From contig NC_043008.1 in NCBI RefSeq assembly GCF_006345805.1, positions 23,436,001 through 23,500,000 on the forward strand: a stretch of DNA of 64,000 nucleotides, given 5' to 3'. The notes beneath the pieces are model-generated. The model worked only from the letters and a program-made list of their open reading frames with translations, searched no databases and was not told where the DNA came from. This document shows positions 34,900 to 47,943 of this stretch, piece by piece. Position 1 is the stretch's first letter, and every line of letters starts with the position of its first letter. The DNA is from Octopus sinensis (lineage: Eukaryota). The position numbers and the translations under genes were made by a program.

Positions 34900-35680
34900 T
34901 AGTTGTTATGACTATTAACCTGATTCAGCTCTTAGTGGTTAAGACAGATGCCTCAGACATAGCTATCACAGCAACTCTTAATCAATGTGGAAAACCCATT
35001 GACTTCTTTCAAGATCACTTAGTCCAAGTGAAAGGAATCATTCATCGTAGAAGCTCTTCGAAAGTGGAAGCGTTATTTTCTTGGCAAGCATTTCAAATTA
35101 ATCACAGACCAAAAGAGTGTTACTTTTGTGTTTGGCAATGCCCAGACGAGCAAAATCAAGCATATCAAAATATAGCACTGGCATATTGAACTGTCTTGCT
35201 ACAGTTACGATGTAGTCTACAGGCTTGGAACTGAAAATCTCGTAGCTAATGCGCTTTCTCGCGCTTCCTGTTCTGCTTCCATCTCGGGTAGTTCTGACAG
35301 ACTTAAAGAAATCCATTCCTCTCTTTGTCATCCTAGAATCTCTAGAATGTTTAACTTTGTAAAATCTAAAAACTTACCCTTCTCCATCGAATAAGTGAAG
35401 CAAATGACTGCAAACTGTAACGTCTGCCGTGAACTTTCTTTCTACCAACATTCTGACTCTCATTTGATTAAAGCAACACAACTTTTTGAGAGACTCAGTG
35501 TTGATTTTAAAGGACTTTTGCCTTCTAATTCCCACAAGTATCTTCTTATTGCCATTGATGAATACTTTCGCTTCCCTTTGCCTTCCCTTGTTCCAACATG
35601 AGTGCTTCAACTATCAAAAAATGTCTTTGTAAACTTTTCTCCCTCTTTGGCATGTCCTCTTACATTCATTCTAACACACA
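34900..35680 (+). mobile_element. Ty3/gypsy RNase H-integrase fragment
   Basis: KTDASDIAITATLNQ (RNase H); H-x4-H region LCHPRISRM with CNVC; FERLSVDFKG..AIDEYFRFP (integrase core). Confidence 0.82.
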
Positions 35681-35695
35681 TAATCATCATCATAA

Positions 35696-35990
35696 TTTCA
35701 ATTTTACTTGACTCAACAGGTCTTCTGAAGCACAGTGTATCGCCCGACGATTTAAGGCTACTGTTAAATGGACTGGTTATGCTGGTTAAATGGGCTAGTT
35801 ATTGGCCCTAGCTGCAATCTGACTTTACTTGCCGGATCATTGGCCACGATTTCGATTTCACTTGACTCAACAAGTCTTCTCAAGCACAGCGTATCGCCCG
35901 ATGATTCAAGGGTAGTTTTAAATGGACTGGTATCGGCCACGGCTGCGATTTCACTTTACTTGCCTGGTCTTCTCAATCACAGCATATCTC
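35696..35990. repeat. Three degenerate direct repeats at the 3' end of an RTE relic
   Basis: ATTTCA..CTTGACTCAACA(G/A)GTCTTCT..AGCACAG..TATC recurs near 35696, 35850 and 35946. Confidence 0.75.
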
Positions 35991-36945
35991 CAAAGGTCTC
36001 GGTCTCTTGTCATTGCCTCTGTAAGGCTCAACGCTCGAAAGTCGTGCTTCACTACCTCATCCTATGTTTTCCTGGGTCTACCTCTTCCACGGGTTCCCTC
36101 ATCCATACGCAGCACATGACCATACCAGCACAGTCGTCTCTCTTGCACATCACATCTGATGTTTCTTATGCCCAACATTTCTCTCAGGGCGCTTACACTC
36201 TGTCGTGTATGCACACTGACATTACACATCCAGCGGTTCATACTAACTTCATTTCTTTCAAGCCTACCGATGTCCTCAGCATTCATAGCCCATGTTTCAC
36301 TGCATTGTAGCATGGCTGTTCGTACACGTGCATCATACAGTCTATCTTTCACTCTGAGTGAAAGGCCCTTTGTTACCAGCAGAGGTAGGAGCTTTCTGAA
36401 CTTTGCCCATTAGTCTAGTGGCTATGTTCTCAGAGCATCCAACCCCACTGCAGACTTGGTTACCTATATAGCAGAAGCTATCAACAACTTCTAGTTTCTC
36501 CCCCTGGCATGTGATAGAATCTGTTTTCTGTACATCTTCAGTGTTTATTGCCCCTGAGCATCTGCCATTCACAAAAACTATCTTCTCGGTTAACCTTCGT
36601 TTGATATTACTGCACCTTTTATGTGTTCGTAGCTTACATCGGGTACATTTTATAGAATTTCTATCTACAGATCGTGCAGGGCCATCTACTTGAAGAGGTT
36701 TGTGATTTGTCCACCTTCCTACTTACTGGGACTTGAGTTTTTACTAGATTGACTCTAAGGCCCTTCGATTCTAGATCTTGCTTCCACACTTAAAACTTAA
36801 TCTCTAGTTTTGCTAGTGACTCAGCTATTAGAGGAAGGTCATCAGCATAGAGGAGCTCACAGGGGTAGCCTGTCTTGACTTCCTCTGTTATTGCTTGGAG
36901 GACTATGATGGATAAAAGGAGGCTGAGGACTGATCCCCAACCCAC
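35960..36945 (-). mobile_element. RTE-clade RT 3' fragment
   Basis: QGSVLSLLL, ELLYADDL, EVVDSFCYIG, RLCWYGHVLRM and GRGRPRKT. Confidence 0.85.
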
Positions 36946-36989
36946 CCTTGTCCTCCTTTAAACTCGCCCGGAACCTACGCGATCTTCTG

Positions 36990-37420
36990 CTCCGTAGCAC
37001 CTTTTCCTTTGCCCCGCAGCCCCATCCGGATCCTTCCCGTGCTCCAGATTCCGCTGCAACACTTTACCCTTCATCACCAACACTACTCTCACTGGTTCTA
37101 ATCAGCAAACTCTTCGCATAACAAATTCCTTATCTCTTCTAGCCTCATATACTGTATTAAATGCAACCTCTGTGGCAAACTATATGTAGGCCAGATGGAC
37201 CGCCGACTGGCCGAACGGTTCATCGAACATCTAAGGAATGTTCGTCTACTTTCGAACACCCCCGTCGCTCGTCACTTCTGCTTGGCCAACCATTCCCCCT
37301 CTAACATCTTCATCTTTGGCCTCACTCTACACCATGGATCCACACACTCACCACTCCACCTGGAACAATAGTATCTTTAATCTACGAACAACTATAACCC
37401 TCTGACTAAACACAACCCCC
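36990..37420 (+). mobile_element. PLE GIY-YIG endonuclease fragment
   Basis: SLIYCIKCNLCGKLYVGQMDRRLAERFIEHL..PVARHF. Confidence 0.82.
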
Positions 37421-37554
37421 CACCTATTGCCTGCTTCTACACATCCTGCTACAAAGCAAACTATATTCATTTTTGCTTGTAATTGCGCCTTTTATATTGC
37501 ATTAACTTTCAACCTTAATTTTTATATTTTATTGTTTTTATAATTTATTGCTTT

Positions 37555-38830
37555 TATTTCTATATACACGTACACATACACACACATACGTACATATACC
37601 TCCAACAAACACCACAAACATACAACATACATACATGCACATATACACACACATACACACACGCATACATACACACACATCCATATACACCCACGCGCAC
37701 ACACACATATGCACACGCACAGAAATGCACAGATACCTATCCCACACAACCCCACGCACCCACACACATACGTTTATAGACACACATAAACGTACACACA
37801 ACCACATACACATACATGCTCAAGCACACGCGCATATACGCAACAAGATGCACACATCTCCACGTTCATACACACACACGCACATACACACATGCACACA
37901 CATACAAGATCACACACATACACACACACACTAGCACATGTTTGCACATATACCTCCAACACACACAATACACATACAGACATGCACACAATTAGACACA
38001 CATGGGCACAAACACACACGCACATACACGCACACACGCACGTAAGTACATGCACACAAGCATGCGCACGCACATACACACAGATACGCACATATACGCC
38101 TACACAAACTCTACACACAACCCCCCACAACACACGCCTACACAAATTCACACACACATACATATACTTACACACAATATATGCATAACACACACACATA
38201 CTTATAAACATATAGACACATACATACACACGCACGCACATACACACGCACACATACACGCACCCACAGCTACACGCACACACACGCACATGCATACATG
38301 CGCAAAAAATACACCTATACCTCCTACATAACCCCTCATTCACATACACATGCACACACACAAAATACACAGACACACATACACGCAAATGTACACACGC
38401 ACACACGTGTATATACACACGCATACACATACACACACACGCAAATGAACCCACACATACCTCCTATACACACACATCACACACTCATACATACACGCAT
38501 CCAATTATACATACATGTACACACACACATACACAGAGTAAAGTACAGTTTCTCAACACACACACTTCCCCACGCATACGCCCATACACACACTGTAAAC
38601 AAAATGCACACACTACATATACATACACGCAGACACACATATTTCTACTGACCATTCTCCTACGCACATGTGTAGGTAGACACACAACAAGCAGCCACTC
38701 CAACCAAAATTCTTACTATAAATTCTTCCTATGACTTTAAAGTATACTAAGCCCAACCACACACATAGATAAACAGCCGCAACCACACACACACACAGAC
38801 CTGCGCGCACACACATACCTACACACACCT
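37555..38830. repeat. About 1.3-kb degenerate (CA/TA)-rich simple-sequence tract
   Basis: Low complexity; this produces the spurious H/T and C/V-rich ORFs. Confidence 0.95.
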
Positions 38831-39100
38831 CCTTCTCTTGTACTCTGCTGTCTTTGAAAGAACTTTTTCTTCACCCATTCCGTTCAGGTCATTTCAATAT
38901 GTGACTGCGTGTGTATCATTGGCGACTTTCTTTCTCCGTCTTCCCTTCCTTGGACTTTTCCTTTTTTCTGTATTTCTCACGAAGATCTCCGCTCGAAACG
39001 TTAAAATCTCCTTCTTTCTTTCCTCTTCTGAGCGTCCAATAACACTAGACTTGTTCCACGTCCTCGCATTGTTGTGTTTTCTCTTTGTTCGTGTTTGGAT

Positions 39101-39172
<72 letters not shown>

Positions 39173-39180
<8 letters not shown>

Positions 39181-39961
39181 ATAGAGGGCATTATTACACA
39201 TAAATGCCTCACGCTAAGAGGGACATAAGTCATTACTACCAAAATTTAACTAATCGCACCCAAATGCAGTTTTCGAAGCAAGACATTTAAAAAATGAATT
39301 TAGTTCTATATCAACTGTGATTTCACACTTAATGCATCAAATACATCTATGTTCATCAGTAGAACTGATTCTGAACACATCATAAATAAACGACCAACAT
39401 ACCTGACGAAGTCAAACAGACATCTGTTTCCCTCGGCAAAGCACATGGAAATGTTTATTCATCATATATTCGGTAAATGGCGGGCTTTCTCGAACTGCAT
39501 GATGGTAGGAAAAGTTTTTCTTCGGAATAAATTTAACAATTAAAGATAACTTCTTAATAAGGAAACTTAACAAGAAATCATCAGGTAGTTAGCGTGAAAA
39601 ACCTCATAAGAGAAAAACTTCGAAAATAATTTTTTTCTTTTGAAAATATTAACTTATATTGTATAGAGGGCATTATTACACATAAATGCCTCACGCTAAG
39701 AGGGACATAAGTCATTACTACCAAAATTTAACTAATCGTACCCTAATGCAGTTTTCGAAGCAAGACATTTAAAAAATGAATTTAGTTCTATATCAACTGT
39801 GATTTCACACTTAACGCATCAATTACATCTATGTTCATCAGTAGAACTGATTCTGAACACATCATAAATAAACGACCAACATACCTGACGAAGACAAACA
39901 GACATCTGCTCCCCTCGGCAAAGCACATGGAAATGTTTATTCATCATATATTCGGTAAATG
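39173..39961. repeat. Tandem duplication with a 482-bp period (second unit truncated after about 305 bp)
   Basis: TATATTGTATAGAGGGCATT recurs at about 39173 and 39655. The near-identical ORFs at 39349 and 39831 are 482 bp apart. Confidence 0.93.
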
Positions 39962-40930
39962 TAGGTGTTCCACTTTGGCTACGATGATGATGATGTCATC
40001 CGCGAACGCCGTAACCGTCCTTCCACAACCTAGATCACGTGGGACCCCCCTCAAGCCCCCCAACTTTCGCAGTAAACGCTCCAGGATCAACACATACAGA
40101 AAGGGGAGGAGGAGACACCCTTGTCGAACAGAACACTTGATGTTGAACGACTTCGAGAAAAAAACTGTTCACCTGAACGATCGATTCGATGTTGCTGTAT
40201 AAAGCAATTATCCACCCGCAGAGGACGAGGCCGAGCCCGAACGCCGCGAAACCTGACACCAGATACCTGTGGTCAACCCTGTCAAAAACTTTTGACTGAT
40301 CTAACTGGACCAGCGCACAACACCTGCCAGGAAACCCGTTAACCCTCTCTATGGTGTAGTGTATAAGATGGAGATTGTCGTGTATGGATTTGCCAGGAAC
40401 GCACAACTTTGTACCTCTCCGACGAGTCCACCTACGACATACGCCAACCTTTTTGCTAATACCTTAGCCAAAATATTCAACTCTGTGTTAAGCAGTGTGA
40501 TGGGCCGGAAATTATCTATAATATCCCCCTTGTTTGGGTCCTTTTTAAGTAGCGTCACCACTCCCCGGGTCACAGTTGGTGAAGACGTATGTCAGAAGCT
40601 GCCCAAACATGTCTAGCATGCTGTAACAAGTAGGGGAGACCATCTAGTCCCGGTGACTTGTCCTTGAATCAGTCCGATAAGGCCTCCTGCACCTCCATAG
40701 CTGTGATCTGCCTCGCTCCTCGAGAGACGCGTCACACCGGTGAGGAAGTCTGTGAGGTCACTTCTACACTCAGGTTCACCGCCCTCTCTCAAAAAGCAAG
40801 GCGAAATGCTCCTGAAAGACCTTACACATCTCTTCGGTTTCGTTTATCAAGTTTCCTTGATAATTCGTCATAGACCTTATTGTGCCATTATAGCCACGTT
40901 GGGTCTCTATCACATAGGCCCATCCAGCAT
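39962..40930 (-). mobile_element. L1/Tx1-clade RT fragment
   Basis: KSPGLDGLP, GVVTLLKK..NFRPITLLNTELNILAKVLAKRL, LDQSKVFDRVDH, SVRQGCPL and AFADD. Confidence 0.87.
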
Positions 40931-41152
40931 GTAGTAGTGGTGAAGCATGACTGTCACCACTACTACATGAACCTGAAGATTGCAGAATTTAATGCATGAA
41001 AGTACTAGTTCAATCAGAATAAACATTTAACATTCTATTATTTTATTTTATTTTATTATTATATTATATTATCTTATATTATATCATTATAAGATTGTAA
41101 ATAAAACGTGAAAATCAGACAAGGTTGGAATTCCCTTTATTAATATATATAT

Positions 41153-41188
<36 letters not shown>

Positions 41189-41356
41189 AAAAGAGGAAAA
41201 AACTTTTGATAAGCATAACAAATGCGCAACCGGTAAAAAGAACTTTCACCTAATTAAATTACTTAAATTACTTAAATTATTTTGTCACCATTTTCTTCAT
41301 TTCCTTTTTTTTATATATCACAACTCGTGTTCCACATCTCCTTCTTTAAATATATA

Positions 41357-41398
<42 letters not shown>

Positions 41399-41600
41399 CT
41401 TACTTGGAAATGGATGCGTAGTGTTCGATCATTTAATAATATAAATAATATATAAATATATGCATATATACATACATATATGTACAAACCTACATATATA
41501 TGTATATATACATGCATATTGAATATATGGGTACAGGACATCAAAAATAGGTAAACAAAATGAGAAGCAGGAACATAAAAGTAAAAACGTAGAAAATACA

Positions 41601-41718
41601 GGCAACATAAAGAACATTCTCTTCATCAGTTGTTCCCTGTTTTATCTACTCCGCGTTTCGAAACGCGGAGTAGATAAAACAGGGAACAACTGATGAAGGG
41701 AATGTTCTCTATGTTGCC
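41601..41718. repeat. 118-bp spacerless palindrome (78-bp perfect core, 2 mismatches overall) at the centre of a larger imperfect inverted repeat
   Basis: Centre TTTC|GAAA at 41659/41660; 41621-41698 is perfectly self-complementary. Diverged arm similarity extends to about 41430-41930. Confidence 0.95.
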
Positions 41719-41928
41719 CATATCATTTCTCTATTTGTTTCTTTCGTTGTTCGAAAAATAGTTCGTTTTCTATGTGTTTGTTTTTGTTTTCCATTTCGCA
41801 TTTCGTTCACGGTTTTTTGACATCCTGTACACATAAATACATGTATATATACATATATATGTAGGCATGTGCATATATGTATGTATATATGCATATATTT
41901 ATATATTATGTTATTTACTATTTATTAT

Positions 41929-42029
<101 letters not shown>

Positions 42030-42061
42030 CTGTGTGTGTGTCTGTGTGTGTGTGTGTATGT

Positions 42062-44650
42062 AGGGATTACCCTGCCTAAAAGACTGAATGTTGATCGTCT
42101 TAGGTATAATAGTGTGAAGAGAACTTTACGAGAGGAAATGAATGCCGCAGATATTGGGAAGGATTGGCCGACCCTTAAAAAATCAGTTTATGACGTAGGC
42201 AAGAAAGTTCTGGGATTGATACAAAGAAAGCATCAAGATTAGTTCAAAGAAAATGATGAACATATAGATGATTTATTGGCTGATAAAAGACGTACTTTGT
42301 CACGATATTTGTCAGCAAAGACACAGGAAAGGGAAGTGTTGCATAGGGAACTCAAGGACGTAAAATCACGTGTGAGGCAAAGGATCTCTCAGATGAGGGA
42401 TACATGGTGGAGTAAGAAGGCTGACGAGATACAGGTGGCATCAGATTCCAACAACACAAAGATGTTGTATGGTCTCTTGCGAGAAGTTTATGGACCGACG
42501 TCTTCCCTGATGACACCACTTCGAAGCAGGGATGGTAAAGAACTTCGTGATTCACAAGGAATTCTGCGAAGGTGGCAAGAACACTTTGATGAACTTTTGA
42601 ATCAGCAGTCTGTAGTTAGTGAGGATGTTCTGAATTTCATCCCTGGATTGCCTGTGAAGGCAGCACTCGCGGAACCACCAAAGTTGGAAGAAGTTGCAAT
42701 AGCTGTCTCAAGGTTGAATAATGGGAAGTCTTCGGGTATGGATGGCATACATGCGGAGTTGTTACAGCATGGTGGTGAGAAAATTCTGCAGAAACTTCAC
42801 TCTTTGTTTGGTAAGATATGGACTAGTGAATCTGTACCTGAGGACTGGAGAGATGCAGTAATAGTGGTCCTGTATAAGGGAAAGAGCAACAGGAATGATT
42901 GTGGTAATTATAGGGGAGTATCATTGATGTCTGCTGTAGGAAAGGTTTTATGCAGGATACTTCTGGATCGTCTGCTGAAATACATTGCAGATTGTGTTCT
43001 TCCAGAAAGTCAATCTGGCTTTCGTGTGGGACGTGGCACTACTCATATGGTCTTTTCAGCTAGACAGCTTCAGGAAAAGTGTGTGGAACAGGGTCTGGAT
43101 TTGTATCAGGTTTTTGTCGATCTGACAAAAGCCTTTGATACCGCCAATAGAAAAGCATTATAGAAACTCCTCTAGAAACTTGGGTGTCCTGAAAAGTACC
43201 TTGCTTTGGTTAGGTCTTTTCATGAAGACATGAATGGTAGGGTGAATGTTAGAGGGAAAATGTCGGAGCCCATTTCAATACAAAATGGAGTGAAACAGGG
43301 GGATATTCTGGCACCGACCCTATTTGCCATATATTTCGCGATGGTGTTCTGTATTGCATTCAGAAACTGCAGATACGGTGTTTACATCCATTATCGAACC
43401 TCTGGCAGCATATTTAATATCAGGCGCTTTGCTGCAAAAACAAAGGTATTTTCCTCTATCATAAGAGACCATTTGTATGCAGATTTTTGCTTGCAGATGA
43501 TTGTGAGCTAGTAGCACACACAGAGATTGATATGCAACACATTTTGAATGCATTCTCTGATGCTTGCACTGCCTTAGGATTGACAGTCAATCTCAAGAAA
43601 ACTGTTGTCATGCATCAACCTGCCCCTGGTAAGCAGTATAGTGTACCAAATATCTATGTGAATGGTAAACGACCTGATGTAGTGGATCAGTTTGTCTACC
43701 TGGGAAGCACTATAAATAGATATGGCAATGTGGATGATGAAATTCCATATAGAATTAGGAAAGCAAGTGTTGCTTTCGGAAGGCTAGAAAAGCGCCTCTG
43801 GAGTCGGCGAGACATATGCAGAAAGACAAAGATAAAGGTGTACAAGGCATGTGTGCTCCTTTCCCTTCTCTATGCCTGCGAGACGTGGGTCACATATCGA
43901 TACCACCTTAAACAACTGGAACGTTTCCATCAGATGTGTCTCAGACGGATCTATGGCATTAAGTGGAAGGACCGCATCAGTGATCTTGAAATATTGGAAG
44001 GATCTCGGTGTGAAAGTATAGAAGCTCTTATGTTAAAGCAAAGGCTCAGATGGAGTGGTCATCTGGTCAGAATGAAGGATTCAAGGATGCCAAAACAACT
44101 CTTTTATGGAGAGTTAGCTAAAGGAGAACGACCTCCACATAAACCAAAAAAGAGGTATAAGGACTTGCTGAAGGCTTCCTTAAGAGATGCTTGCATCTCT
44201 CCTGACACATGGGAAGGCACAGCTATTGATCGTAGCAGGTGGAGAAGGACTGTGCATGAGGGGACAGCCACTTTTGAGAAATCTCGAGTTGCACATGAGA
44301 AGGTAAGGAGGGATGTCAGGAAGGGCATCGCTGTTACACTCCCAGAAGGGAAGGGTCTTCCTTTGATTCTGACATGCAATGTCTGTGCAAGACCCTGCCT
44401 CAGTAAAGCTGGACTCATGAGTCTGTCGGGCATGTGGAAGAGAGTGTAATTCGGCAGGAGGACTTAAACGACATGCAAAGGTACATGAAGCCCAGTTACT
44501 ACAGCTGGCTATTACCAGTAAAGGTTTTAGTTGCCAATTTTGTCCAAGACATTGTAGATCTTTAGCTGGGCTAAAAAGTCACATTCGATCACAGCACCAG
44601 TAACAGTTAAGCTTCGTGCAATGGCCATACTCGATAACGAGGGGGCAGCC

Positions 44651-44655
<5 letters not shown>
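42062..44655 (+). mobile_element. RTE-clade LINE, 5'-truncated (no APE), few lesions
   Basis: NYRGVSLMS, QSGFRVGRG, FVDLTKAFD, GVKQGDILAP, ADDCEL, YLGS and RLRWSGHLVRM. C-terminal CNVCARPC finger. Stops at about 42240 and 43161. Preceded by (TG)n and followed by (TA)n. Confidence 0.93.
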
Positions 44656-44724
<69 letters not shown>

Positions 44725-47700
44725 AGTAATGTAGGTTAGGTATTGCGAGAACGTCAAATAAACCAAAAAAATCTCCCTCGCTTTTACCAATCGGCTTTAA
44801 CGACCAAATTCTCATCACTTTCTTTGTCTACAAACAATGTAGACAGTACATATCATCAATACTGATTTAATTGATATATCAACCAAAAATATCGATCGTC
44901 TGACGGTATTGAAGGTATGTTACTAGTCGTTTCAAAATTGTAAATACTTGTTGAAATTTTTTCTTATTGCTTATTGATGATCTCAGTTTGTTAAGCCATT
45001 CCAGCTCAAAATATCACAAAAGTGAACGCTCCATCGCCGAACGCTCCAGAGAAATAATTTTTCTTCAGCCATCTTGTCGATTTTTATATATTTGTGTCAC
45101 TATATTTCCATTCTATACACACACACGCGCGTGCACACACACACGTGCACACACACGCAGGCACGCACATACACACGCACACACATACACCGATTATTCC
45201 TCATCTTGAAAAGTGAATAGAATAAAGTTCTTTTTTCATAATTGTTTTGACAATATTAGTTGAATTAAGTTTGTCAGCCTTAACATATTTGTGTATTTAG
45301 TATGCAGAACGATTTTCTGAGTTATTTGCTCCTATATCTTTTGTTGGTCCGTCGTACTTGCCTTTTTCCCTTTGAAAATATATGTTCGCCACTCAATTGC
45401 TTCTAAATTGAAAGGGCTGTTCACTTTGTTGTCTTTCTTTCTCGATGCAAGCTACACATTTTCTGTTAAATTATCTGTTTCAAAAGAACTCACGCAGAAC
45501 TCATGCTACAGTTAGTCTATGAAAAAAGACTATCAGGCTTATTTTAAACTATTCAGTTCAAAGCAGTATCTGATTTCCTATCACTTTTCCGCAAAAATTA
45601 CCCTTAGCTTTTCAAAGTATTTGACACTCAAAGAGGAGTTATGTGAATTAGTCAATGAACATTCACACATGAGCATTTATTTGTTCCTTGCAAGGTTGAA
45701 TTTTTCTCTCTAATTTGAATCTGTACTTCTCAATTTGTGTAACACTTCTTGTTTATATCACGTTGAATTATCCCTATCGCAAAGGGGGAGAGGCTAGTAA
45801 ATTTGTTTCCACTTTAAAAGGCTAATGATGAAAGTTTATTAGGGCAGCAAAAACAGATTATTGCTTCAATGCAACGAAGCGTGCAGAGACTATTTTGAAG
45901 ATGTAATAATGGCAACGTACAAGAATGCTCCGCTGCAAAATTATCAATCGTGTACAAATTATGCCACTCATAAGTAGCACCAGATACAAGTTGCAGTAAA
46001 ATTATCCTTCATCAATTAAAAAAGAAATTCAAGAAGTTCAGCGATGTTCTTTTATTCTCTACTAGTTTCTTACGGAAACTTGGTCATGCTTCAATTTGGG
46101 TGCAGTTTTAAAACCGTTCTTACAATATTCTATCAACTACAATAGATTCATATGTCTGGTTGATCAGAAGATTTCGAAACTTTTTTACTTGTTTATAAAT
46201 TAATAGCAAAGCGAAACACTTTATAAATGCTTATTTGACTATCTAGTGGATTTTAAGAAGAAACTATATTGCCACTGAATCCTCAGGTCCATTACAATGA
46301 AGGGCACAGAAATGTGCTTGAGATTTTGATAAACAAAATATTTATTTTCGAAAACAAAATGTTGTCGTTAATTCAAACAACAAAACATCGATTAAATTTG
46401 AAAATAATTGCTCTTGGAATGGTGTGATTGTAGCAGCAGTCAAAATGTTAACTGGCCCTTGTGTTGCTGTTGCTGTTCGCCCATTGGGGGCAGCCGCTGG
46501 TCGTGCTAGCGTTTTCTAATGTCTCTCGTTCGCCGTCTGTAGATTAGGTGTTGAATATATAGTAAAAGTTAAGCTCAGGAAGAAGCATGCCAAAGATGAA
46601 ATTGTTGGTATCGTGATTTATCAGATTTTCTTTTAATGACTTCGGTAATGTTCTAGCAAATCGTGATATGGGATATAGTGATCTGATTGCTAAATATTCC
46701 AGCTACATTATTCCCCTTCTCGTGAAAATTTCTTTTCACAGTGAATTGAACGAAATGATGAGAACAATGCAGGAACTGCTGATGTGAAGTGTATAAAAGA
46801 ACATGTATTAGAAAAGGGTGCATGCAAGACTAATAATAATGGTTAAATTGCATAAATGGTGAGTAGCTAATCCAGCCGAAAAGTGTTGGAGTACTATCAG
46901 AAGACGTTATCCTGTACAATATAATGCCCTTACATGAAACTATACAAGTTTGAGGTAAAAAAATCAGCAGAAACAGGAATGTGAAAGAAAAAAAAATGCT
47001 GAACAGTATTCGAGAAAAATCAGAATTGTGGTTAAATGTTAGGCCAGAATATAATTGCAAACCTGCTAGGAAAAACATGTGATGAGGACACATGTATTTT
47101 TGTATTGAATGCAAGTGAGTTGTTATAGTGAACCTGTTCAGCTATTTCCAAGCTTAGGAACATAAACAGCTGAAGTAGAGTGTCATCTATCTGTAGTAAT
47201 TTTATGTATACTACTAGCAATGAATGTGTTTGCTAAGTCTATATGCATGTTGCGCAAGCGCTGGGTGCTTGCGTGCATGCTATATGTGAAGTGTGTGTAA
47301 TGTAATTGTGTTCAGTTGTATGTGTGTATGGGCAGAAAGAAGGAGAAATCAGGAAGAAAATAATATTAATGAAGAAACCAGTGTTTTTGTACTGCACTGG
47401 AGAAAACACATGACTTATCTCGTTCTTGTCACTGGAACAGATGGAAGCATCAGTAGAAGAATGTGTTGATATTGTTCGTTCAAATGACAATGACGAGGTT
47501 GATGTCATTACAGACTCAAGATGAACCTATTGTAGGTGTCCGATGTTGACGAGGTCTTTATTTGACAATGAACAAGAAAGAAAACAAGATGAATAAGTGT
47601 TTACTGGCTATGTTGGTTGATATCGATGATGTTGCATATAGCGTACTGGCATCTCGGCGGTGGTGCCAAAAACGTTTGATGTGCTAAGAAGAAGCATGTT

Positions 47701-47943
47701 AGGGACACGATCACCAGTGTATCGACGACAAAGATGGTGGTGGCGCAGCAGGGATACAACGACAGGGAAAATTTGCCCAGGGAGAAATTTCTCAGAGATA
47801 CACCGGTGTTGTTTGTGTGAACTCGCAAAGTGCTGGTAAGCTGTGTTGCGGTGGTGTTTTCTGCTACATCGGATATAGAGATCTAATAACTAAATATTCC
47901 TGCTACAGGCCGTATAATAGATTTAGAATTGGTTGCAATAATA

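Noticed and set aside
45200-47900. Possible Mutator/MULE transposase relic (SWIM-like C/H traces near 47250)
   Set aside because: I could not assemble a DDE region or find TIRs; the similarity is too weak by eye. A TBLASTN against MULE proteins would decide it.
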